Source: Gammaproteobacteria bacterium | GTDB lineage: Bacteria > Pseudomonadota > Gammaproteobacteria > Eutrophobiales > Eutrophobiaceae | Length of the DNA: 64,000 nucleotides | NCBI GenBank assembly: GCA_965243205.1 | Contig: CBDEUK010000002.1 | Span: 2,112,001 to 2,176,000, forward strand | Direction of reading: 5' to 3' | Shown: piece after piece, positions 21,736-30,273 of the stretch | Numbering within the stretch: position 1 is the first letter of the stretch | Layout of the letters: every line of letters begins with the position of its first letter | The notes under the pieces: generated by a model | What the model saw: the letters and a program-made list of their open reading frames with translations, nothing else | What the model was told of the DNA's origin: nothing | Database searches by the model: none | Program-made: the position numbers and the translations under genes

Positions 21736-22655
21736 GATGACTCACTGTTTTGCTTGAGTAATGGAAAGCCTAATTCTTCGCGTCTCGCATAATAGGTTTC
21801 AGCGACTGCTTTAGCCAGTTTGCGTATCCTTAAAATATAGCGTTGACGTTCAGTAACAGATATTGCGTGGCGAGCATCTAATAAATTAAAAGTATGAGAT
21901 GCCTTTAAAACCATTTCGTATGCAGGTAGGGGTAGGTTTTTTTCGATTAAGTTGACGGATTCTTTTTCGCAGACATCAAACCAATGAAACAATGATTTTG
22001 TTTCAGCATGCTCAAAATTATAAGTCGACTGTTCAACTTCGTTTTGATGATAAATATCACCATAAGTCACGATGCCATCATCGGATTGATGCCAAATTAA
22101 GTCATAAACGTTATCAACATCTTGCAGATACATGGCGATACGTTCTAAGCCATACGTTAATTCGCCTGTAACGGGTTTGCAGTCTAAACCTCCAACTTGT
22201 TGAAAATAAGTAAACTGGCTAATCTCCATTCCGTTTAACCAAACTTCCCAACCCAGTCCCCATGCTCCTAGCGTCGGTGATTCCCAGTTATCTTCTACAA
22301 AGCGGATGTCTTGTACCAATGGATCGATGCCTAGCTCTATTAAGGATTGTAAATAGAGCTCTTGAATCTCTAGTGGAGATGGTTTGAGGATAACTTGAAA
22401 TTGATAATAGCGTTGTAAACGATTTGGGTTTTCACCATAACGTCCATCAGTAGGTCGTCTGCAAGGTTGTGGGTATGCCACTCGCCAAGGCTCTGGCCCC
22501 AAGGAACGTAAAAAAGTCGATGGGTGAAAAGTACCTGCTCCCATTTCTAAGTCGAAAGGTTGTTCTAGAACGCAACCTTGCTCAGACCAATATTTTTGTA
22601 AGCGCTGAATGAGGCCTTGGAAGCTAATGACGTTGGGGTTACTCGAGTGTGACAA
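21732..22655 (-). CDS. glyQ: Glycine-tRNA ligase alpha subunit
   Basis: [40 protein letters not shown]; TTG at 22655 chosen because AGGA lies 6 nt upstream (ORF track start 22676). Confidence 0.95.
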   Translation of the reverse strand: MSHSSNPNVISFQGLIQRLQKYWSEQGCVLEQPFDLEMGAGTFHPSTFLRSLGPEPWRVAYPQPCRRPTDGRYGENPNRLQRYYQFQVILKPSPLEIQELYLQSLIELGIDPLVQDIRFVEDNWESPTLGAWGLGWEVWLNGMEISQFTYFQQVGGLDCKPVTGELTYGLERIAMYLQDVDNVYDLIWHQSDDGIVTYGDIYHQNEVEQSTYNFEHAETKSLFHWFDVCEKESVNLIEKNLPLPAYEMVLKASHTFNLLDARHAISVTERQRYILRIRKLAKAVAETYYARREELGFPLLKQNSESS

Positions 22656-22881
22656 AGGAATTCCTGCTATTTTCAAAATCGCCCAGAGTATAACTTGTGA
22701 AAGTTAGTATGTGTATGAATTTATGTTAAAAAAATTATTTTCTGGTGATCTTTATCGATGTAAAAAACGGCGTTTTTTAGCAACAATGGTTGCTGATTCA
22801 CAGTCAAATTTGTTTATTTCTAAAGCCTTGAATGAGATTGGACGATAGTGTTTCTAATTCTTATAACAAAGTGAGAGAGAA

Positions 22882-23430
22882 GTGCTGCATTTACCAGAAA
22901 CTGCCCATTTATATGTGCTATTAAATTGTGCACAGTTTAATCAAAAAACATATTTGGAGCCTGAATTGGAATCTTATCTGATTCAAACTCTGATGCGGTA
23001 TTCAGAAATGCTCGAAACAGAACAATATTCGACATTTTATGAGCCTGAACAAGTAGAAGAATTCAGTTTTGATAGCGATCATGATTATTTAAAAGAAATT
23101 GCCGATTACTGTTTAATTTGTACGGGTTTAATGTCAGATCGTTTTATTTTTGAGGAAACTAGCTTTGAGCGTTTACAAGAGGTTGGCCAAAACGCATTTA
23201 CGCTTTTATCAGATGCTGTGAAAACAGATGATAATATTTATAAAAAACTGAGTGTGAATTTTAGTCGTCTAGTTGAAATATTAAATTATTCACAAAATTT
23301 AATCGAAGAAGATAGTCAATTAGTTGCCTCATTGTCTAATAATACTAAATATTCAGTTATGGATTTTAGGGAATATGCTTATCATAAAGGAGAGCATTTT
23401 TTTTCTGATACGAATATCTTATTGCATTAG
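22882..23430 (+). CDS. Hypothetical helical protein
   Basis: 182-aa ORF, GTG start after GAGAG; LESYL...LKEIADYCLICTGL pattern; no catalytic motif recognised. Confidence 0.7.
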   Translation: MLHLPETAHLYVLLNCAQFNQKTYLEPELESYLIQTLMRYSEMLETEQYSTFYEPEQVEEFSFDSDHDYLKEIADYCLICTGLMSDRFIFEETSFERLQEVGQNAFTLLSDAVKTDDNIYKKLSVNFSRLVEILNYSQNLIEEDSQLVASLSNNTKYSVMDFREYAYHKGEHFFSDTNILLH

Positions 23431-23820
23431 TTGATTAGTATGGTCTTAGCAAGACAAAAAAAAATATCGGTCATTAATCGTTCTGCAATAAAAAGTCTAC
23501 GAGCTATTATGCAAGATGATTTTACTGAGTCAGTGCATACCTTTCTTGATGATTCATTATCTTTACATTCTAAATTGCATGCTTCGATAGAAAATAACGA
23601 TAGTAAAAATATTCGTAGTGTATGTAGTGAATATGCAGATACTTGTAGTTTTATGGGAGCTGAAATTTTGTCAGCTAAACTAGCTGAGTTGCAAGATTTG
23701 AACTTGAAAACTCAGCTAAAAGAAGTAAAAAATCTTATCAATCAAATTGATCAACTTTACGATTTGTGCCGTGTAGAATTACAAACAGAATTAAATAAAC
23801 AATTTAAAAAAGCCGTTTAA
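23431..23820 (+). CDS. Hpt-like four-helix protein apparently lacking the phospho-accepting His
   Basis: INRSAIKSLRAIMQDDFTESVHTFLDD...IRSVCSEYADTCSFMGAEILS resembles the Hpt pattern (..H.LK.SS..LGA..L) without His; start uncertain (23431 TTG or 23440 ATG). Confidence 0.6.
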   Translation: MISMVLARQKKISVINRSAIKSLRAIMQDDFTESVHTFLDDSLSLHSKLHASIENNDSKNIRSVCSEYADTCSFMGAEILSAKLAELQDLNLKTQLKEVKNLINQIDQLYDLCRVELQTELNKQFKKAV

Positions 23821-24042
23821 TAATTTTAGTTTTTCCAAAAAATCTACACGATTTAGTTTCTTATTTTAAAATAGTTTTTATTAATAGGGCTATTTCTAAG
23901 TTTATTGCGGAATTCGTGTATTTGTTAATCTTATCCTTTTAAGATAATCTCCTTCATATTCTTACCTATAAAGTCGCTGGATATAAATTAAGAATAATGA
24001 ACTACTATTATATGCAATTGCTTTCTTTGTCAGAGCATTAAA

Positions 24043-25413
24043 ATGAGAGGCATCAGTAAACCTGAGGGCAAAGAGGCCTTTTCTATTCTGGTCGTTGATG
24101 ACGAGCCAGGAATTCGAGATTTTCTTCAACGCGCGTTATCAAAAATTTACGGAGTGGTTGAAGTTGCTAATTCTGCGGAACAGGCAGAAGAGTTACGTCA
24201 TGAATATTATTTTGATTTGTTAATCATAGATATTTGTTTACCAGGATGTTCTGGCGTTGAATGGTTAAAGACAATTGCGCAAGGTGATTGTCAGTCAGAT
24301 GTGATATTTATGACGGCATTTTCGAACCTAGAAAATGCGATTGAAGCATTACGTTTAGGCGCAACAGATTTTATTCTTAAACCTTTTCGACTTGAAGAAA
24401 TGACAGCTTCGGTTGAACGTTGCATGGAGCGACGTCGTCTTGAGCGTGAAAACTTTGTTTTAAGAAGGCAAGTCGATCAGATCTACTCCTTCGAAGGAAT
24501 GATCGGCAAGAGTCCAAAAATTCAGGAAATGTGTCAGCTCATTAAACGCATTGCCCCTACACCTTCAGTAGTTTTAGTTGCAGGAGAAACCGGTACTGGC
24601 AAAGAATTAGTTGCTAACGCTATTCATCAAGAGAGTGGCCGTACTGGTCCTTTTGTTCCTATTAATTGTGGTGCGGTAGCACCTGAATTACTTGAATCAG
24701 AATTTTTTGGCCATAAGAAAGGTGCTTTTACAGGAGCAAGTGAAACTCGAGAAGGATTATTTTCTTACGCAGAAGCAGGCACTTTATTTTTAGACGAAAT
24801 AGGTGAAATGCCATTAACGCTACAAGCAAAATTACTACGGGTGCTTGAAGAAAAAAGCATTAGACCTATTGGTGGCGAAAGAGAAATGCCGATAAACGTA
24901 CGAATTATTGCTGCAACCAATCTCGATTTAGAAGAAGCAGTGGAAAAAGGAGAGTTTCGCAAAGATTTATTTTTTCGTTTAAATGTTTTGAATATACAAA
25001 TCCCTCCGTTACGTGAAAGAAAACAAGATATTGTTCCTTTAGTTGAATATTACTCATCAAAACTATCTAAACATTTAGGTGTAGAAGCGATTCCGTTTAG
25101 TCATAGCGATATTCAGATTATGGAAGATTACAACTGGCCGGGTAATGTTCGTGAACTAAAAAATATGGTAGAGCGATGCCTATTATTAGGTAGGTTACCT
25201 GTTGAGTTATTTAGCATGACTGAATTATCAACAGCAGAACAACAAGGATATCCAGATGTATGGTCATTAGCTGAAGTTGAGAAAGATCATATTATTAAAT
25301 TGATTCAAAAAATGGATGGTAATAAATCCAAAGCGGCCCAGGTTTTAGGTATATCACGCAAAACGCTCGATAGAAAACTACATGCATGGGAGCATGATAA
25401 CGAAAATGTTTAA
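24043..25413 (+). CDS. Sigma54-dependent (NtrC/AtoC family) response regulator
   Basis: REC (VVDDEP...IIDICLPG), GETGTGKE, GAFTGA, WPGNVRELKN, Fis HTH LGISRKTLDRKL. Confidence 0.93.
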   Translation: MRGISKPEGKEAFSILVVDDEPGIRDFLQRALSKIYGVVEVANSAEQAEELRHEYYFDLLIIDICLPGCSGVEWLKTIAQGDCQSDVIFMTAFSNLENAIEALRLGATDFILKPFRLEEMTASVERCMERRRLERENFVLRRQVDQIYSFEGMIGKSPKIQEMCQLIKRIAPTPSVVLVAGETGTGKELVANAIHQESGRTGPFVPINCGAVAPELLESEFFGHKKGAFTGASETREGLFSYAEAGTLFLDEIGEMPLTLQAKLLRVLEEKSIRPIGGEREMPINVRIIAATNLDLEEAVEKGEFRKDLFFRLNVLNIQIPPLRERKQDIVPLVEYYSSKLSKHLGVEAIPFSHSDIQIMEDYNWPGNVRELKNMVERCLLLGRLPVELFSMTELSTAEQQGYPDVWSLAEVEKDHIIKLIQKMDGNKSKAAQVLGISRKTLDRKLHAWEHDNENV

Positions 25414-27502
25414 ACGTTTTCGTACATTAATATCCAGTAGTTTGCGCTATAAATTACTGATATTGGTGTTGTTACCTGTATTATTAGTGTTATTAGCGGT
25501 AACCAGTTTGGCTTACTATTGGTTGAATGAAGTAAGTTACCGTCAGTTATTAAGGGAGGTAACTGATGATTTGAATGTCGCTAATGAAGCTTTTATAAAC
25601 ACTCAAAATCGATACTTGGCAGAATTAGCACTGTTTTCTGAGTCGTATCAATTTCAACATATCCTAAAAAAAAACTTATCTAGAGAACAAGAAATATTTC
25701 AAATACAGCCTTTATTAGATGATTTAAAAACAATTAAAGGATTTGATTTTATTCAAGTGATGGACAGTAATAGTTGTAATTATTTAGATAATAGAATATG
25801 TGATATTAAAAAAAGCCCTTTATACAATATCGCTATTTATGGTGTGCCAGCGACTGGCGTTGAAATTTTTTCTGCAGAAGATTTACAAGCATTGTCACCT
25901 GAATTAGCAGAAGAAGTTTATTTGCCTTTGATTCAAACCCAATATTCAGAGCCAACAGCTAATACATTTGAAGATAGAGGTATGGTTTTACATAGCTATT
26001 ACCCAATTATGGATGAAACTAATCGTGTTAAATTGATATTAATTGGGGGCGTTCTTCTAAATCGTAATTTTGTTTTTGTGGATACCCTACGTGACTTAGT
26101 TTATAGCAAAGGTAGTCTGCAAGAGGATAGTTTAGGAACAGTTACCATATTTCTTGATGATGTTCGTATTAGTACCAACGTTCCTGGACAGTTACACCTT
26201 CCTTCGCAAAGAGCATTAGGTACTCGAGTTTCCAAGGAAGTTAGAAAAAAAGTATTAACTGATGGTGAACATTGGATAGATAGAGCATTCGTTGTCAGTG
26301 AGTGGTATATCTCAGCCTATGAACCTATTTATGACGTCTATAATAATCGTATTGGTATGTTATATACAGGTTTTTTAGAAGCACCTTTTAGAGCCACATA
26401 CTTTACAGGTTTGACTGTGTTACTCATCTTATTTGTTAGTGTTATTAGCTTATCTATATTTCTTGCCATCGTCGGTGCTAAATTTATTTATAAACCTATT
26501 GAGATCATGACAAATGTTATTGAAACTATTAAAGAAGGTGAAGAACGGCGGATAGGTCAATTAGATTCACAAGATGAACTTTCAATTTTGGCTCGACAGT
26601 TTGACGACATGCTTGATCAATTACAACAACATAGAGATCAAATTCAGAATGCAGCAGATGAATTAGAGCTTAAAGTTGAAGATAGAACATACCAATTAAA
26701 GAATCAGAAACTTGAACTTGAGCAAAATATTGTTTTGTTAAAACAAACACGTGAAAAGTTAGTAGTTAGTGAAAAATTAGCTGTTATTGGTGAGTTGACT
26801 GCAGGTATAGCGCATGAGATTAATAATCCGACTGCTGTGATACTAGGTAATATGGATTTGTTGATTCAAGAGCTTGGTCAACAAGCGAATTCAGTTAACC
26901 AAGAAACAGAGTTAATTATTCAACAGGTATACCGTATTCGTTCGATTATTAATAACTTATTACTTTATTCGCGTCCTAATGATTATTATACGGCTTGGAC
27001 ACCAGTTGATATTAATGCTGTCGTCAATGATGCGTTGGTGTTAGTACATCATGATTTGAATCAGCATAGTGTGAATCTTCGCTTGGATTTATGTGCAACA
27101 AAAAATGTTAAGGGTAATCATCAACAGTTTCAGCAAGTATTATTAAATTTAATAGTCAACGCAATGCATGCTATCGAGAACAAAGGGCAAATAGTAATAC
27201 GTACTCGTGATTGGAAAGATGAAGGTGTATTAATGATGATACGGGATAATGGTTGTGGCATAGACGATGAGACATTACCTAGGATATTCGATCCATTTTT
27301 TACAAGAACTAAAAGTGGTACAGGACTTGGACTTTATATTTGTTATGGAATATTAAAACGATTTGGTGCTGAAATTGCGGTTCGTTCTCGCATAGGTGTC
27401 GGCACTTGTTTTTTTGTATGGTTCTATGAAAACCCGATAGAACAATTCACAAATAATTCTATCGCTGTATCAGAAGAACTAGATATAGAGCTTTTAAACT
27501 AA
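25406..27502 (+). CDS. Cache-HAMP sensor histidine kinase
   Basis: Two TM segments flanking a periplasmic Cache-like domain (GTVTIFLDDVRISTNV, WYISAYEPI), HAMP, AGIAHEINNP, GTGLGL; overlaps the regulator stop (start 25382-25406 uncertain). Confidence 0.9.
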   Translation: MFKRFRTLISSSLRYKLLILVLLPVLLVLLAVTSLAYYWLNEVSYRQLLREVTDDLNVANEAFINTQNRYLAELALFSESYQFQHILKKNLSREQEIFQIQPLLDDLKTIKGFDFIQVMDSNSCNYLDNRICDIKKSPLYNIAIYGVPATGVEIFSAEDLQALSPELAEEVYLPLIQTQYSEPTANTFEDRGMVLHSYYPIMDETNRVKLILIGGVLLNRNFVFVDTLRDLVYSKGSLQEDSLGTVTIFLDDVRISTNVPGQLHLPSQRALGTRVSKEVRKKVLTDGEHWIDRAFVVSEWYISAYEPIYDVYNNRIGMLYTGFLEAPFRATYFTGLTVLLILFVSVISLSIFLAIVGAKFIYKPIEIMTNVIETIKEGEERRIGQLDSQDELSILARQFDDMLDQLQQHRDQIQNAADELELKVEDRTYQLKNQKLELEQNIVLLKQTREKLVVSEKLAVIGELTAGIAHEINNPTAVILGNMDLLIQELGQQANSVNQETELIIQQVYRIRSIINNLLLYSRPNDYYTAWTPVDINAVVNDALVLVHHDLNQHSVNLRLDLCATKNVKGNHQQFQQVLLNLIVNAMHAIENKGQIVIRTRDWKDEGVLMMIRDNGCGIDDETLPRIFDPFFTRTKSGTGLGLYICYGILKRFGAEIAVRSRIGVGTCFFVWFYENPIEQFTNNSIAVSEELDIELLN

Positions 27503-27558
27503 TTTTTTAAAATGTTTAAAGGTTTTGCTTTATAGCAGTAACTATACAAATAGTTTTA

Positions 27559-27607
27559 TAGGACAAAATGATACACCTTGCCATTTCTATTGGGTCAATC
27601 TGACCCA
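27559..27607. promoter_or_regulatory. Two candidate enhancer sites for the adjacent sigma54 activator
   Basis: Perfect TGGGTCA-ATC-TGACCCA (27591-27607) and degenerate TAGGACA-AAA-TGATACA (27559-27575), centres 32 bp apart. Confidence 0.65.
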
Positions 27608-27659
27608 TTTTTTCATATCATTTTATATTGTTATCACCTAACTCATTGAGTTTATTAGG

Positions 27660-27675
27660 TGGAATAGTAATTGCT
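27660..27675 (+). promoter_or_regulatory. Sigma54 promoter of the OFA transporter
   Basis: TGGAATAGTAATTGCT = GG-N10-GC with TTGC; IHF-like site at 27639-27651 (ACTCAATGAGTTA on minus strand). Confidence 0.78.
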
Positions 27676-27781
27676 CTACTAGCGAAAATTAATAAAAAAA
27701 GTTTTTAACTTACTTGGGATTACAAAACCAAGGTGGTTTAAAAATAATTATTATAAAAAGCTGTCGTGGGAGCAGAAGTTC

Positions 27782-29521
27782 ATGTCGAAGTTGTCGGGAT
27801 TCAAATCCATTTTTTTGAAGGAGCGTTTGCGTGCAAAACCTGGGTTCAATCGTTGGTTAATCGCTCCAGCCTCTATTGCCATTCATCTATGTATCGGTTC
27901 CGTTTATGCCTGGAGTATTTTTAATCCTGCTTTGATAAAACAACTTGGTGTGATCACAAGTGCTGCAGATGATTGGAGTTTTGCTTCTGTCGTTTGGATC
28001 TTTTCAACGGCGATTGTTTTTCTTGGTTTAGCTGCTGCCATAGGTGGCAAATGGCTAGAAGAAGTTGGTCCAAGAGCTACGGGTTTTCTAGCTGCTTGTC
28101 TTTGGGGTGGAGGTTTTCTAATTGGTAGCGTAGGCATTTCTACTCATCAACTATGGTTAATTTATGTAGGTTACGGCGCAATCGGTGGTTGTGGTTTAGG
28201 TTTGGCTTATGTAACCCCAGTAAGTACATTAATTCGTTGGTTTCCTGATCGAAGAGGTATGGCTACGGGTATTGCCATTATGGGTTTTGGTGGCGGTGCC
28301 ATGATTGGTGCGCCTTTAAAAAATTATTTGTTAAGTCTTTTTTATGTCGCGCCTGAATATTTAGGAAAGGTTAGTGATGTTAGTTTAATAACAGAAGGCG
28401 GGAGACGTTTTGCTGAGGTTTCAGGTAATAAAATAGAAGTTGTTGTTGCTTCAGTTGCTGATATGGCAAAAATGCCTGTCCAAGGCCCAGAGGGTGTTTA
28501 TGTCGTTGGCACTGGAGATACTGGAGTTGCTAGTGTTTTTATTACCTTGGGTATTGTTTATTTCGTCATCATGACAATAGCGGCTTTTTCATTTCGTATT
28601 CCCTCCAAAGATTGGAAGCCAGAAGGTTGGCAAGAACCCGAACCAGATAATTCTAAGAAGGCACTCATTACAAATGATCATGTGCATATTGACCAAGCTT
28701 TAAAAACATCACAGTTTTATCGTTTATGGATAGTACTTTGTTTTAATGTAACGGCAGGTATCGGTGTGATTGGTGTGGCGAAAACGATGATCACGGATAT
28801 CTTTAGTCCAAGTTTGCCAGATATTGTTGATGCAAGTTTTGCAGCTACTTATGTATTGATGATCAGTGTATTCAATATGTGTGGGCGTTTTATGTGGGCT
28901 TCCTTATCTGATTATATAGGTCGTAAAAATACCTATCACATCTTTTTTGTTTTAGGCATGTTGTTGTATATCTCAATCCCATTTTTTGCAGAACAGGTTT
29001 CAGCAAGCCCTGGAGTGACATGGTTGATCATGTTCTATGCAGTCACAATGATCATCTTCACTATGTATGGTGGAGGTTTTGCAACAATACCTGCTTATCT
29101 TGCTGATATTTTTGGCACACTGCATGTTGGTGGGATACATGGAAGATTATTAACTGCTTGGAGTACAGCAGGGATACTAGGTCCTTTTGCTATTACATTC
29201 TTAAGACAGCGTTCGGTTGATAATGCCATTTTATCGTTATCCGAAAAAGTTGATCCAACTTTATTTCAAGAAAAATTTGGTTCGAGTATTAATAATTTAC
29301 AAGAACTGATCACTGCGAAAACAGTAACGATACCTAAACTTATGGAGATTGTTCCTGTGGGAACAATCGACCCAACTCCTAGCTTGTATAACACAACCAT
29401 GTACGCGATGGCATTTCTATTATTTATCGCATTTCTATCGAATTTAACGATCAAAAAAGTCGATAGCAGACATCACATACAGAATACTCATCCTGAGTTA
29501 GCGATAAATAACGCGAATTAG
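27782..29521 (+). CDS. OFA family (oxalate:formate antiporter-like) MFS transporter
   Basis: IHLCIGSVYAWSIFN, GLGLAYVTPVSTLIRWFPDRRGMATG, MYGGGFATIPAYLADIFG, IHGRLLTAWS. Confidence 0.88.
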   Translation: MSKLSGFKSIFLKERLRAKPGFNRWLIAPASIAIHLCIGSVYAWSIFNPALIKQLGVITSAADDWSFASVVWIFSTAIVFLGLAAAIGGKWLEEVGPRATGFLAACLWGGGFLIGSVGISTHQLWLIYVGYGAIGGCGLGLAYVTPVSTLIRWFPDRRGMATGIAIMGFGGGAMIGAPLKNYLLSLFYVAPEYLGKVSDVSLITEGGRRFAEVSGNKIEVVVASVADMAKMPVQGPEGVYVVGTGDTGVASVFITLGIVYFVIMTIAAFSFRIPSKDWKPEGWQEPEPDNSKKALITNDHVHIDQALKTSQFYRLWIVLCFNVTAGIGVIGVAKTMITDIFSPSLPDIVDASFAATYVLMISVFNMCGRFMWASLSDYIGRKNTYHIFFVLGMLLYISIPFFAEQVSASPGVTWLIMFYAVTMIIFTMYGGGFATIPAYLADIFGTLHVGGIHGRLLTAWSTAGILGPFAITFLRQRSVDNAILSLSEKVDPTLFQEKFGSSINNLQELITAKTVTIPKLMEIVPVGTIDPTPSLYNTTMYAMAFLLFIAFLSNLTIKKVDSRHHIQNTHPELAINNAN

Positions 29522-29660
29522 AAAACATTTTTTATTCAACAGGATAAGAACTGAAATTAATTATTATGAGCGAGAGAAAGAAGAAGAGTGAAATTTATGT
29601 ATAACCATGAAGAAATGACCTCCTCCTCTTGTAGGTTACTTGCTATATAGCAAGGAGAGC

Positions 29661-29699
29661 TTGGCCGCCTTAACCCTCCGTAAAGGCGGTCAAATTTTT
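29661..29699 (+). terminator. Intrinsic terminator downstream of the OFA transporter
   Basis: TTGGCCGCCTT-N11-AAGGCGGTCAA stem (one G.U pair valid on + strand) followed by ATTTTT. Confidence 0.65.
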
Positions 29700-29836
29700 A
29701 AATATAAATTCATTAAATATGAAAAAAATTTTTCTAAGCAGAAAAAATCATAACAATTTTAGGAATATTATCTATTAACTTTTATTGAGTATGGAGTTTA
29801 AATTTTTATAAAACAATTTGAAGAGGAGATATCGCG

Positions 29837-30178
29837 ATTAATACATTAAACAAAATAATATTTTTTTTATGGCTATTAAATTTTTCTGGGTATGCGTTGA
29901 GTAGTGGAGACGAATCAATTGGAGATAAAGAAGCAGGAGAAAAAAGATATAAAAAAACTTGCATCAATTGTCACGGCCCTGCAGGTAAAGGCGCCGCGAG
30001 TTATCCGAAAATATCAGGCAATGAAATTTCTTATACGAAATCAAAATTAGAGACTTATAGAGATGGGATCGAAATTGGTCCGAATTCAGGATTGATGATC
30101 ATGATGGCTAAACCTTTAACGGATGAAGAAATTGAAAATTTAGCTGCTTATTTAAAAGATGCGAAATATAAAAATTAA
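29837..30178 (+). CDS. Monoheme class I cytochrome c (c553/c4-like), probable ATT start
   Basis: CINCH heme motif, YPKISG, distal Met cluster GLMIMMAKPL; in-frame signal peptide and GAGGAG lie upstream of the ORF-track TTG (29897). Confidence 0.85.
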   Translation: MNTLNKIIFFLWLLNFSGYALSSGDESIGDKEAGEKRYKKTCINCHGPAGKGAASYPKISGNEISYTKSKLETYRDGIEIGPNSGLMIMMAKPLTDEEIENLAAYLKDAKYKN

Positions 30179-30273
30179 CAAATTTAAAGGGGAGGGGAAT
30201 CAAAAATTACAAACCAAGTTATGTTTTAAAAGAAGTTAAATACCAAAATTAAAAAATTAAATTTAGGAGAAGA

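Noticed and set aside
22821-22848. Sigma28-like TAAAG...GACGATAG upstream of the hypothetical gene
   Set aside because: Spacing is off by one and the -10 has two mismatches; too weak to call
29719-29778. Short ORF MKKIFLSRKNHNNFRNIIY
   Set aside because: No SD, extremely AT-rich, no motif; probably promoter DNA
29897-30178. ORF-track TTG start for the cytochrome c
   Set aside because: No SD and no signal peptide; the upstream ATT fits better
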